Source: a virus (taxonomy: Duplodnaviria; Caudoviricetes). Taken from it: 64,000 nucleotides of DNA. The first letter of the stretch is position 1, and every line of letters begins with the position of its first letter. The stretch spans positions 1 through 64,000 of IMG/VR virus record IMGVR_UViG_3300033076_001354, one strand, 5' to 3'. Below are positions 18,719 to 27,894 of this stretch, in pieces. The notes beneath the pieces were generated by a model. It worked only from the letters and a program-made list of their open reading frames with translations, ran no database searches and was not told where the DNA came from. The position numbers were made by a program, and so were the translations under genes.

Positions 18719-19254
18719 GTCTATCAAAGCAAGAGAGCACCGAGTTTGAGCATCACATGGCGGCGGCCAAGGAGCTGCACGACAAGCAGCCCCACAACTT
18801 TCACGACGTCGTCGGTAAACACGCCGAGCACGTGACGACCTACATCAATCAGACCGTGCGCAACGGTACGAAGCCTACGACCAAGGGTCTCAGGGCTCAC
18901 ATCGCGGCTAGACACCAGAAGAACATCGACGCCGTCAGCACTCCGGCGGCGAAGGCGAAGAAGACCGAGTCGATGAACGCCGACCTCAAGCACCACGACG
19001 ACAACGAGCATCACTTCGCGAACGCCCTGAAGATTCATCACCACATCGCGGCTGCTAAAGACATCTTGGTTCATGGGTTGAACAAAGCCTCGAAGCAGCA
19101 CAATCCTTTGGAACACCACATCGACGGGAAAGAGACACATCCCGAAGGCTACGTCGCACATCATAATGGACAGTCAATCAAACTAGTGAACAGGGGCGAG
19201 TTCTCGAGAGCGAACTTTGCTGCGACTAAAGCATGGAAGACTGGTCAAAGCTGA
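18715..19254 (+). CDS. DUF6267-like protein, C-terminal part
   Basis: THPEGYVA...IKLVNR.EFSRANF (ligase motif IV/V-like). Confidence 0.65.
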   Translation: MSLSKQESTEFEHHMAAAKELHDKQPHNFHDVVGKHAEHVTTYINQTVRNGTKPTTKGLRAHIAARHQKNIDAVSTPAAKAKKTESMNADLKHHDDNEHHFANALKIHHHIAAAKDILVHGLNKASKQHNPLEHHIDGKETHPEGYVAHHNGQSIKLVNRGEFSRANFAATKAWKTGQS

Positions 19255-19964
19255 TCACCATCAACTACCCACACGGGTACCACGGTGACTTTATAGCCTG
19301 CCTCATAACTAAGACGGATCCCGAGATCACCGAGGGTCTTACGGCGACCTACACGACACCGGGAATAACTTCGGCGTTTGGCGTAAAGAATCTCGACGTC
19401 ATAGTTGGGATGCATCTCGATCAGAAGAACAGGGACTTCTTCGTCGGCGAAGACACTGAATTCGCAAGAAGACAGCGCAACTACTACAGTCAGGTGCGAG
19501 GGAGTCACTTCATCCAAAACCTCATAGATGATCTCAGGTGGCAGTTCAATCACCTTCGCGGCGTAAAGACGGTGTTCAACACACACTACTGCAGGTACCA
19601 AAGCTATCTTCCTTTGAAAGATATATTTCCTCGATCATTGAACGTACGCCTTACCCTTGAGAACATGCGAAACAAACCGATATACGACTTCTTGTTTGAG
19701 CATAAGATACTAAATCACTACGGCAACACCTCGGCTTATAAATTCTATAGAGGCAACCCGCACGATAGACCACACATGAGCGCGACTGAGACTCCCGTCT
19801 ACGTTGATAGGCTTATGGCCGAGAATGGGTTTGAGTACGCCAAAGAACTAGAGAAGCTGTTCGACTGCGACTTCGACACTAGGTTGCTAAACATATACAA
19901 GATCATGAACGAGCGCCTGCTCACTAACAATGGATATAAGTATGAAGCTCTTGATCACTGGTAA
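19233..19964 (+). CDS. P-loop/sulfotransferase-like uncharacterised family, paralog 5
   Basis: YPHGYHGDFI, THY, YKIMNERLL. Confidence 0.55.
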   Translation: MEDWSKLITINYPHGYHGDFIACLITKTDPEITEGLTATYTTPGITSAFGVKNLDVIVGMHLDQKNRDFFVGEDTEFARRQRNYYSQVRGSHFIQNLIDDLRWQFNHLRGVKTVFNTHYCRYQSYLPLKDIFPRSLNVRLTLENMRNKPIYDFLFEHKILNHYGNTSAYKFYRGNPHDRPHMSATETPVYVDRLMAENGFEYAKELEKLFDCDFDTRLLNIYKIMNERLLTNNGYKYEALDHW

Positions 19965-20508
19965 TCCACAGTTTGGTTTAGCCGCAGCACTGTTCAAGAT
20001 ATATCCCGACGCCGATTTCATAAGCAGGCAGACCGGTCACGACCTATGTAAGAAGGAGAACAGGCGCTGGGTAGCCATCGAGTGCATAGGCTACGACGTC
20101 ATAATAAACAACTCCGCACTTCACGAGTTCAATCAGACCCTCTTGCTCGAAGAAGTGTACACGTCAGCTTTGAAATACAACCACAACCTGCACATCATAA
20201 ACATCGGCAGCACCACGGACAAGACAAACTCGTCGCGCGTCTGGATGTATAACGCCGAGAAGAAGGCTCTCAGAGATGTCAACAACACGATGGGACTTGC
20301 GGCGAACTGGAGAAAAGACGAGGGACCGAAGGTAACCTACGTAAGCTTCGGCACACTGTCGAACAACCAGCACAAACACCCAGACCGTCTGTGCATTGAC
20401 ATCGACGAAGCCGCACAGTATATAAAATGGATAGTCGATCAACCAAAGCACATATCAATAAATGAGTTGAGCATCGACAGGATGCAGAGTGAAACATGGA
20501 CCAACTGA
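19942..20508 (+). CDS. short-chain dehydrogenase/reductase
   Basis: LITG...GLA, INNS, INIGS, YNAEK (YxxxK). Confidence 0.8.
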   Translation: MKLLITGNPQFGLAAALFKIYPDADFISRQTGHDLCKKENRRWVAIECIGYDVIINNSALHEFNQTLLLEEVYTSALKYNHNLHIINIGSTTDKTNSSRVWMYNAEKKALRDVNNTMGLAANWRKDEGPKVTYVSFGTLSNNQHKHPDRLCIDIDEAAQYIKWIVDQPKHISINELSIDRMQSETWTN

Positions 20509-21605
20509 ACTGGAGCAACTACGACTTCACCAAGATTCCCTTCGACAGGATAGTCAAGGTGGGTCAGCGGACAATGCTGTATCGCGACATGTTCGTCGTC
20601 AGCTGGATCTTGGGTAGGTTCTGCAACTACAACTGTTCGTACTGCTGGCCGTACGCCAATAGCCGCACTAAGGATCACCGTTCTACGGAGCTTTGCCTCA
20701 AGACGATAGATGAGATCAAGCGTCAGTCGCGAAGGAACGGGTTCAACAGCTATCACTTCAGTCTATCTGGAGGCGAACCGACGTTCCATCCGGGATACCT
20801 AGACATACTCCAGCACTTAGCCGACGACGTACCGAACTGCAACTACACTTCGGTTCACATGACGTCGAACTGCTCGCAAAACATGAAGTTCTTTGAGAAA
20901 TACGTTCGCATCGCCGCGAACTTCAACCGAGCCTCGGTCACAGCGAGCTTCCACAAGGAGCACCTCAATACGCCTGAGAAGGTAGCTGAGTTCGCCGATA
21001 AGCTTGAGTTCTTTCAGAGCTGGGACATACAGGTCACGATCAACATGGTCATGGTTCCGCAGTGGTTCTATGAGCTATACGACGAGGCGATGTACTTCCA
21101 CGATCGCGGGATCAACGTTACCCTTAAGCCGCAGAGCGACCCTAAGGCTTCCGTCGTCGTTCCCGGATACACGGATCACATGCTCGAGATCCTATGGAAC
21201 GGTATGCCTCAAAGGTTCTTCACCGACACAAAGAAGAAGTTCGTCAGGCCGAAGCCAAAGAAGCCGTTGGAAGACATAGCGATCGAGAACGACAACAAAG
21301 TGCCGCAGGACTTTCAAGTCGAGCTGACCGATGAGCTCGGAAACAAGTGGTACATGGATCAGTCGGAGAGGTTCAACGCCTTCAACTTCAATAAGTTTGA
21401 GGGATGGATGTGCAACTCGGGTTACCAGTCATGCATCATCCGCGAGCCCGATGGATCGATCAAGAGAAGCTACAGCTGCCACGATAAGCCGCTCGGAAAC
21501 ATTGAGACTGGGTTCGAGCTCTTTCCAAAACCCGTGATCTGCACGACCAAAACATGCGTGTCGAGCGCCGACAGTAAGATACCAAAGAGGCTGATGAATG
21601 TCTAA
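20496..21605 (+). CDS. radical SAM protein with C-terminal SPASM-like cysteines
   Basis: CNYNCSYC; SGGEPT; terminal CNSG..CH..C..TC. Confidence 0.9.
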   Translation: MDQLNWSNYDFTKIPFDRIVKVGQRTMLYRDMFVVSWILGRFCNYNCSYCWPYANSRTKDHRSTELCLKTIDEIKRQSRRNGFNSYHFSLSGGEPTFHPGYLDILQHLADDVPNCNYTSVHMTSNCSQNMKFFEKYVRIAANFNRASVTASFHKEHLNTPEKVAEFADKLEFFQSWDIQVTINMVMVPQWFYELYDEAMYFHDRGINVTLKPQSDPKASVVVPGYTDHMLEILWNGMPQRFFTDTKKKFVRPKPKKPLEDIAIENDNKVPQDFQVELTDELGNKWYMDQSERFNAFNFNKFEGWMCNSGYQSCIIREPDGSIKRSYSCHDKPLGNIETGFELFPKPVICTTKTCVSSADSKIPKRLMNV

Positions 21606-22269
21606 CCAACAGTTTACAGTAAAGCAAGTTCCCGGATATGAAGCTAGGGTAAGACGCGATAATATCGACGGCGTCGACGAATGGCTCTGGCCTTGGGACG
21701 ACGAAGGACTGTGGCTCGGCCCAAGTCAAGAGTGGGCGCCGATCAAGGAGCTCATCCTCGAGCACTGCCCGTCGCGCCACACGGTGATTCAAGCGGGAGG
21801 AGCCTGCGGTATGTATCCAAGGCTGCTGTCGAACATATTCGAGAGAGTAGTTACATTTGAGCCGGATCCCATCAACTTCTTCTTTTTATCACACAACTGT
21901 AAAGACAAGAGGATCACCAAGTTCAACGCCGTGCTTGGCAACGAGAACAGGTGGTCGACCTTCTGCTACCCAGCTGAAAACAACAGGGGCACAGGATCGA
22001 TCCAATTCAACGAGCACGATCCATTGGTCGGCGACACCGTCATGTTCAGGGGAGACACTTTTGTTTTCAAAAAATTAGACCTGATCTACCTCGATATTGA
22101 GGGCGGGGAGTACAATGCAATCACAGGATTGATAAATAACATTAGACTACATAAACCCGTAATCATATGTGAAAACGCGCACGCTGGACCAATTGACTAC
22201 TTAGCTAAGTTTGGATACTCAGTCGTTGCTCGTTCCCACTCAGATACCCTAATGAAGATCATAGAATGA
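21598..22269 (+). CDS. FkbM-family methyltransferase
   Basis: QAGGACG, TFEP, LDIEGGE. Confidence 0.85.
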   Translation: MSNQQFTVKQVPGYEARVRRDNIDGVDEWLWPWDDEGLWLGPSQEWAPIKELILEHCPSRHTVIQAGGACGMYPRLLSNIFERVVTFEPDPINFFFLSHNCKDKRITKFNAVLGNENRWSTFCYPAENNRGTGSIQFNEHDPLVGDTVMFRGDTFVFKKLDLIYLDIEGGEYNAITGLINNIRLHKPVIICENAHAGPIDYLAKFGYSVVARSHSDTLMKIIE

Positions 22270-23645
22270 GCACGAACGATACCGGAACGTCAAACTCCCC
22301 GAAGGGTCAGAAGAAGCTTCAGTCCCGAAAGGTCAACGACGACATCGAGAAGAAGGGTGCCACGATCAGCGGCGGCAAACCCAACCCGATCAACATCAAT
22401 CCGGTAAGCGAACAGGCAGAACACACCGCCGTGACCAACCTGAACATGAGGGCTCAACCCCCGCACAAGGGTCACGCCAAAGTCATCAAAGCAGTCGAAG
22501 ACGAAGCTAAGAAAGTCGGCGGCTCGGCCCACATCGTCACCTCACACTCAGAGGGCGACGCAAAGAACCCGATTCCAACCGCGAAGAAAGTCGGCTACCT
22601 CAAGAAGATGGCGTCACCGGGAACCCACGTCTCAGCTACTTCAAGGGAAGCACCCAGCATATTCCATACGGCCGTTAGGCTCAATCGCCATGCCCATCAC
22701 TTAGTTGTGGTAGCGGGTTCAGACCGCGCCAAAGAATACGAGGGTCTCCTCAATAAGTACAATGGCAAAGAGGGTCCACATGGAATGTATAACTTTAAGT
22801 CGATCACAGTAAAGTCGATCGGCCGTGATCCGGACGCCGAGGGAACAGAGGGCGTCTCAGGCACGAAGATGCGCGAACACGCTAAGAACGGTAACATAGC
22901 CGGATTCAAAGCCGGTCTTCATCCCGACCTTCACCAACACGCGGAAGAGATGATGAATGACATCAATAAAGCAAACAAGAAGAAGATGAAAGAAAGCGTC
23001 GACGAGCTTTTCGGCGAAACATTCATTGACACCGACGACACACTCGCGGTTCTTGAAGCCATCGACGCAGCCCACAGGGAAGCCCTTCCCCGATCAGGCG
23101 ACAGGAAGAAGCTTCAGTACGTAGCAAGAAAAGACCAAGATCGCAAGAAGAGCCCAGTGCCTTATAGACAAGACATGATTCAAACGAATGTCACAGAAGC
23201 TAAGAAGAAGCCTAAGTCAGGCTGGGATAAGATCTGGGATCCAAAGACCATCTCCGGTCGCAAGATGATCGCGGCTTCCGATGAAGCTCAGAAAGCAGCT
23301 GAAGCACTCAGGGCCGCTGCTAAGAAGAACGAAGAAGTAGAGCGCGTCGATGAAGTGTCAAAAGAACTCATTGGCCAAGTGAACAAAAAGAGGACACTCA
23401 TGAAGATTCCATCAAAGACTAGGAAAGCGTCCGACGTGCTTCAGCGCGCAGTCGACAGAGCTCGCGGCGTCAATCCTCCCAAAGAATACAAAGAACCAAA
23501 GATCGTAGAAGAAAAAAAGCGCGGTCTCTGGGACAACATCTGGGCGAAGCGCAAGAGAATCAAGGCCGGATCTGGCGAACACATGAGGCGTCCCGGTGAA
23601 AAGGGTCGTCCCACGGCGCAAGACTTTAAGGACTCACAGAAATGA
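22266..23645 (+). CDS. HIGH-superfamily nucleotidyltransferase (cytidylyltransferase/NMNAT-like) with C-terminal extensions
   Basis: RAQPPHKGH, VAGSDR, SGTKMRE. Confidence 0.8.
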   Translation: MSTNDTGTSNSPKGQKKLQSRKVNDDIEKKGATISGGKPNPININPVSEQAEHTAVTNLNMRAQPPHKGHAKVIKAVEDEAKKVGGSAHIVTSHSEGDAKNPIPTAKKVGYLKKMASPGTHVSATSREAPSIFHTAVRLNRHAHHLVVVAGSDRAKEYEGLLNKYNGKEGPHGMYNFKSITVKSIGRDPDAEGTEGVSGTKMREHAKNGNIAGFKAGLHPDLHQHAEEMMNDINKANKKKMKESVDELFGETFIDTDDTLAVLEAIDAAHREALPRSGDRKKLQYVARKDQDRKKSPVPYRQDMIQTNVTEAKKKPKSGWDKIWDPKTISGRKMIAASDEAQKAAEALRAAAKKNEEVERVDEVSKELIGQVNKKRTLMKIPSKTRKASDVLQRAVDRARGVNPPKEYKEPKIVEEKKRGLWDNIWAKRKRIKAGSGEHMRRPGEKGRPTAQDFKDSQK

Positions 23646-23983
23646 AAACGTTTAAGCAATTTAAGAAAGAAGGCTGCGGCGACGACTGCCCATGCATGAA
23701 GGAGTCGATCGAAGAAGCTGCAGTTGATTCCAAGGGTCACAAGAGCTCGACCGGTGGTTTGACTCAGAAGGGTCGCGACTATTACAATCGCAAGACCGGT
23801 GGACACCTTCAAGCTCCGGTCACCACTAAGCCGTCGAAGCTCAAGAAGGGTTCTAAGGCAGCCAATCGCCGCAAGTCTTTCTGTGCCCGCATGGGTGGGA
23901 TGAAGAAGAGGCTGACTTCAGCTAAGACCGCGCGTGATCCTGACTCAAGGATCAACAAGGCGCTTAGAAAGTGGAACTGCTGA
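23642..23983 (+). CDS. DUF6321-like basic protein
   Basis: GGLTQKGR..YNR..G..L.APV...RRKSFCARMGG...WNC; MKTFKQF N-terminus. Confidence 0.65.
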   Translation: MKTFKQFKKEGCGDDCPCMKESIEEAAVDSKGHKSSTGGLTQKGRDYYNRKTGGHLQAPVTTKPSKLKKGSKAANRRKSFCARMGGMKKRLTSAKTARDPDSRINKALRKWNC

Positions 23984-24165
23984 TGAAGACCTTTAAACAA
24001 TACGTGTCGGAGCTATCTGTTCCGGCGGGAACTACTGGACAAAGAAAAGATTGGAATCCTCCGATGGTGGGGATTCGCATGGCCGACGGTAAGATCAAGA
24101 AGCTCCCTCCTGGAAAAAGTGGAAGCTCGGGCGGCGGCGATGGAGGCGGCAACGGGGGTGAATAA
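23983..24165 (+). CDS. small putative internal head protein
   Basis: MKTFKQYVSE N-terminus; Gly-rich tail. Confidence 0.6.
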   Translation: MKTFKQYVSELSVPAGTTGQRKDWNPPMVGIRMADGKIKKLPPGKSGSSGGGDGGGNGGE

Positions 24166-25472
24166 TGGCGCAGTTTAGGAAAGACACGCACCAATACTTA
24201 GCCGACGGCACCACTATCTTTGAGGTAATGATGCTTGCTGATCAGTACGGTAATCTGGTTGGTCCTGCTAATCCATCGGGAATGGCAGTTGATGCGTTTG
24301 GCCGTGCTCGTATGTCTACACCTATGACTCTATTTGATTCATCTCACCGTTATAGAGATAATAATCTTTGGGTTACTTCTAATACTGCTACTGCAACTTA
24401 TGCTTTCTCTACCAATGAAGGCTTAGTAAACTTAAACGTAGACACAACGTTGAATGCTGAGATCATAAGAGAGACTACAAAGGTATTCTCTTATCAGCCT
24501 GGTAAGTCTTTGCAAAGTATGAATACCTTTGTTATGGGTGCAGCAAAGGCTGGTCTCAGACAAAGAGTAGGATATTTTGGTGCAAATAACGGTTATTACT
24601 TAGAAAGAGACGGCACGTCTATTAGCTTTGTAGAAAGAAGCTACGTCACCGGATCTCCTCAAGAAACACGTGTATTACAGAGTGACTGGTCACTTGATAA
24701 ACTAGACGGTAATGGCCCTTCAGGCTTAACATTAAATCTTGCTAATGCGCAGATATTGTTTACTGATATTGAATGGCTTGGTGTTGGTACAGTCAGAATG
24801 GGATTCGTCATTAACGGTCAATTTATTCATTGTCACTCATTCCATCACGCCAATCTTCTTACGTCTACATATATAACAACCGGATCTTTACCTCTACGCT
24901 ATGAGATAAAGAATACAACAGCGACCGCTTCTTCTAGCACTTTGAAGCAGATATGTTCTACTGTTATCTCAGAAGGTGGGTATCAATTAGCAGGTCTACA
25001 GCAGGCAGTAGGAACTCCAATTGGGTCTCCTCGAGATTTGACTACGGTCAATACCTACTACCCTCTCATTTCACTGAGGTTAAAGACCTCACCGAATCGT
25101 TTGGATGCCATCGCTATTCTAACTGCTATATCACTAATTGGTATAACTAACAATGCGAACTATAACTGGCAGGTGGTAGCTACAGGAACGACGACTGGTG
25201 GAACATGGGTCAGTGCAGGAACCGACTCTGCCGTCGAATATAACATCACAGGAACTAGCTTCACCGGTGGAAGAATACTTGCATCCGGATGGACAAACGG
25301 ATCCAACCAAGGATCAACACCAGTTGATATTCTTAAGGAAGCACTATTTGCATTCCAATTGGAAAGAAATTCATTAACATCAACACCATTTGAACTTTCA
25401 TTAATCGCTGCAGCTGATTCAGCAGGCGCCGATATGTATGCTTCAATGGACTGGGAAGAAGTATCAAGGTAA
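24165..25472 (+). CDS. putative virion structural protein (beta-rich, lectin-like)
   Basis: 435 aa, Thr/Ser/Gly-rich; DAFGR.R.S, YQPGKS, EWLGVG.VR.GF motifs. Confidence 0.6.
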   Translation: MAQFRKDTHQYLADGTTIFEVMMLADQYGNLVGPANPSGMAVDAFGRARMSTPMTLFDSSHRYRDNNLWVTSNTATATYAFSTNEGLVNLNVDTTLNAEIIRETTKVFSYQPGKSLQSMNTFVMGAAKAGLRQRVGYFGANNGYYLERDGTSISFVERSYVTGSPQETRVLQSDWSLDKLDGNGPSGLTLNLANAQILFTDIEWLGVGTVRMGFVINGQFIHCHSFHHANLLTSTYITTGSLPLRYEIKNTTATASSSTLKQICSTVISEGGYQLAGLQQAVGTPIGSPRDLTTVNTYYPLISLRLKTSPNRLDAIAILTAISLIGITNNANYNWQVVATGTTTGGTWVSAGTDSAVEYNITGTSFTGGRILASGWTNGSNQGSTPVDILKEALFAFQLERNSLTSTPFELSLIAAADSAGADMYASMDWEEVSR

Positions 25473-25477
25473 AAAAC

Positions 25478-25906
25478 ATGCTCATAGATCAAATGAAAGT
25501 CGTGCACGCGACCAACTTCTCATTCTACCTCAAAGCCCACTTCTTTCATTGGAACGTCGAGGGTCCATTCTTCCCGCAGCTTCATGGGTTGTTTGGTAGC
25601 ATCTACGAAGACGCTCAAGGCGCGATCGACGACATCGCCGAGCACATCCGCGCGATCAAAGGATACGCGCCGGGATCATTCACACGATTCGCGCAAGATA
25701 CAAAAGTCAAGGATCAAGTCGATGTTGTTCCCGCGATGGACATGGTCAAGACCCTGCTCGCTGACAACGATACGATGATCACCGAGCTCCTCAAAGCTCA
25801 AAAGATGGCTGAAGTCGACAACGAGATGGGTCTTGCCAACTACCTTCAAGACCGCATCGACATACATAAGAAGCACGGTTGGATGCTTAGGGCCACTTCT
25901 AAATGA
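25478..25906 (+). CDS. dps: Dps/ferritin-like DNA protection protein
   Basis: HFFHWNVEGP.F.QLH..F..IY...D.IAEHIR...H.K.GWML. Confidence 0.93.
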   Translation: MLIDQMKVVHATNFSFYLKAHFFHWNVEGPFFPQLHGLFGSIYEDAQGAIDDIAEHIRAIKGYAPGSFTRFAQDTKVKDQVDVVPAMDMVKTLLADNDTMITELLKAQKMAEVDNEMGLANYLQDRIDIHKKHGWMLRATSK

Positions 25907-25952
25907 ACGAATCCACTAAAAATGAGTCTCCTAAGGCCAAAGAAGATCGATC

Positions 25953-25960
25953 TATAAATA
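25953..25960 (+). promoter_or_regulatory. T4-type late promoter TATAAATA
   Basis: Exact consensus upstream of a structural gene. Confidence 0.7.
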
Positions 25961-26055
25961 TAGCTATGATTAAACCAAAAAATGTTAAAGACAAAAGCAT
26001 TGCTTATAAGTCTTCAAACTATGTTCGAGATCTATTAGGAGAAGGAAAATAAAAA

Positions 26056-27123
26056 ATGGCACTATGGGGCAACAATGATTCCAAGACGGCTTCAGGCACC
26101 GTTCAGATTTACGCGAACGGCCTCGTCTCTGGAACATCTACTGTATTTCAAACACAGGCGCGCGTAGGCGACTTCATTCAAGTCGCTAACGTCGATTACA
26201 TGATCACCTCGATTTCTACAAACACCGCTTGTCAGGTTGTCGGTCCGGCACAAAGCGCAACGGTCACTGCGCAGAATTCAGGCAGCTCATACAACCTTAA
26301 TGAGAAGCCAAGGTACGCGCTCCTCGACGACGGTCACCACAACTATAGCTACCCAGCTGGTACGACCAACACGATCTTCGGTATGGACACGACTGAAACG
26401 TCCGTAACTAACGGCGCGATTCGCGAAGTCGTTTTCATCAGCCGTGGTTCGGGCTATCAGGCAAACGCCACCGTCACCATCACAGGCGGCGTGGGTAACA
26501 CTGTCGCAGCAGCAGCAAACGCTCAGTCTAACTCATCGGGCCGCATCGCAGCGATCAACTTCTCGAACAACGGCGTTGGTTACACGATTGCTCCGACGAT
26601 GACTGTATCGGCACCCGGTCCGATCTACTTCAACGGCAACGTCACCCTCGGCTCGGTCGTTCTCGGCAACGCGACTTCTGACTCAACGACTCAGAAGCTC
26701 GACAACGGTTGGATCGCGCTCGGCAGCACCAACACCGCTTTCTTGGCGAACGGCGACGTAGTCACCTACCTCGTGCAGGCAGGCAACACGGCGATCGGTG
26801 GTCTCACCAACGGTCAGTCTTACTCGGTGTACACGATCAACTCAACAGCTATTCAGTTGTACTTGAACGTTGGCGGCACGCAGAACACCTTCATCAACCT
26901 CTCGTCGGTATCAGCCACCGCACAGGCGAATCACTCGCTTACCGGTGCAACTGCTCAGGTCGCTCCGATCCTCTCGGGCGTTCATGAGTCGGATCACGCC
27001 GGTTGGGTTCGCCGCATCGTCGGCACCGGTGGTCGTGCGGGTCGCGTGACACACGAGACTCTCGTGGCAATGGGCTCGATCGCAGGCGACGCGTCTGACG
27101 ACAACGTAATGCCTGACGCTTAA
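26056..27123 (+). CDS. virion structural protein
   Basis: MALWG N-terminus, HAGWV...GRV..ETLVAM C-terminus, G.GY repeats. Confidence 0.7.
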   Translation: MALWGNNDSKTASGTVQIYANGLVSGTSTVFQTQARVGDFIQVANVDYMITSISTNTACQVVGPAQSATVTAQNSGSSYNLNEKPRYALLDDGHHNYSYPAGTTNTIFGMDTTETSVTNGAIREVVFISRGSGYQANATVTITGGVGNTVAAAANAQSNSSGRIAAINFSNNGVGYTIAPTMTVSAPGPIYFNGNVTLGSVVLGNATSDSTTQKLDNGWIALGSTNTAFLANGDVVTYLVQAGNTAIGGLTNGQSYSVYTINSTAIQLYLNVGGTQNTFINLSSVSATAQANHSLTGATAQVAPILSGVHESDHAGWVRRIVGTGGRAGRVTHETLVAMGSIAGDASDDNVMPDA

Positions 27124-27146
27124 TTAGTAACATAGGGTGAACCAGC

Positions 27147-27497
27147 ATGACGGATACTAAGATCTCAGAACTCACTGCCGCCACGACGATGGCGTCCGGT
27201 GACTTGATACCGATAGTGTCCGACCCAGCCGGTTCACCCGCTACTAAAAAGATAACCTTCGCCAACTTCTACGCCAACGTAGTCGTCACGGCAAAGTTCG
27301 CCAACACCGTTACGCTGACGGCTGCCGTTACTTCTAACAGCTCACTCACGGCGAACAACCTATACATCACCTATAGAACTACTCCTGCTTCTTCAGGTGA
27401 CACCGTCACGAACGGTAAACTGTGGTTTGACAACAACTATCTCTATGTTTCGACAAATACCAATGTGATCAAGCGAGTCACGTTGGATACATTCTAA
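27147..27497 (+). CDS. small virion structural protein
   Basis: DTKISELTAA...TKKIT...D.NYLYV fibre-like motifs. Confidence 0.6.
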   Translation: MTDTKISELTAATTMASGDLIPIVSDPAGSPATKKITFANFYANVVVTAKFANTVTLTAAVTSNSSLTANNLYITYRTTPASSGDTVTNGKLWFDNNYLYVSTNTNVIKRVTLDTF

Positions 27498-27501
27498 TGA
27501 C

Positions 27502-27894
27502 ATGCAGGACAGATTAGACGCGTCTAACTTTCTTCTCTACGCCGCGAAGCACTATGACAATCCACAGTGTTTTGACACGCTGGAATTCTACGAAGATCTC
27601 AAAAGATTCAAGTACATAAAGCGCCTCCTGAACAGGTACGTCGAAGACGGCGACCTCAAGGAACGTCTGATACTGAACCACATCGTCGTCTTGTTCAACC
27701 TATTCGGTACGAACGCGGCGATAAGGATGCTGTTCTTTAAGTGCGAGGGATTCGAGTCGCAACTCATTCCATTCTTAGTCTCTCTCAACAACCTTCCTCC
27801 TAGGGTCGAGAACATAGGTCTGAGCTGCAGGACTATAAATACATCAGACATCCCTTTGGATAAAAACGTAGTCGAAGCGCTCAGGAGAATATAA
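27502..27894 (+). CDS. conserved T4-like hypothetical protein
   Basis: FLLYAAKHYDNPQC...EF.EDLKRFKYIKRLL...ERLILNH. Confidence 0.75.
   Translation: MQDRLDASNFLLYAAKHYDNPQCFDTLEFYEDLKRFKYIKRLLNRYVEDGDLKERLILNHIVVLFNLFGTNAAIRMLFFKCEGFESQLIPFLVSLNNLPPRVENIGLSCRTINTSDIPLDKNVVEALRRI
27834..27841 (+). promoter_or_regulatory. T4-type late promoter TATAAATA
   Basis: Exact consensus inside the upstream gene, about 55 nt before the next start. Confidence 0.55.
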
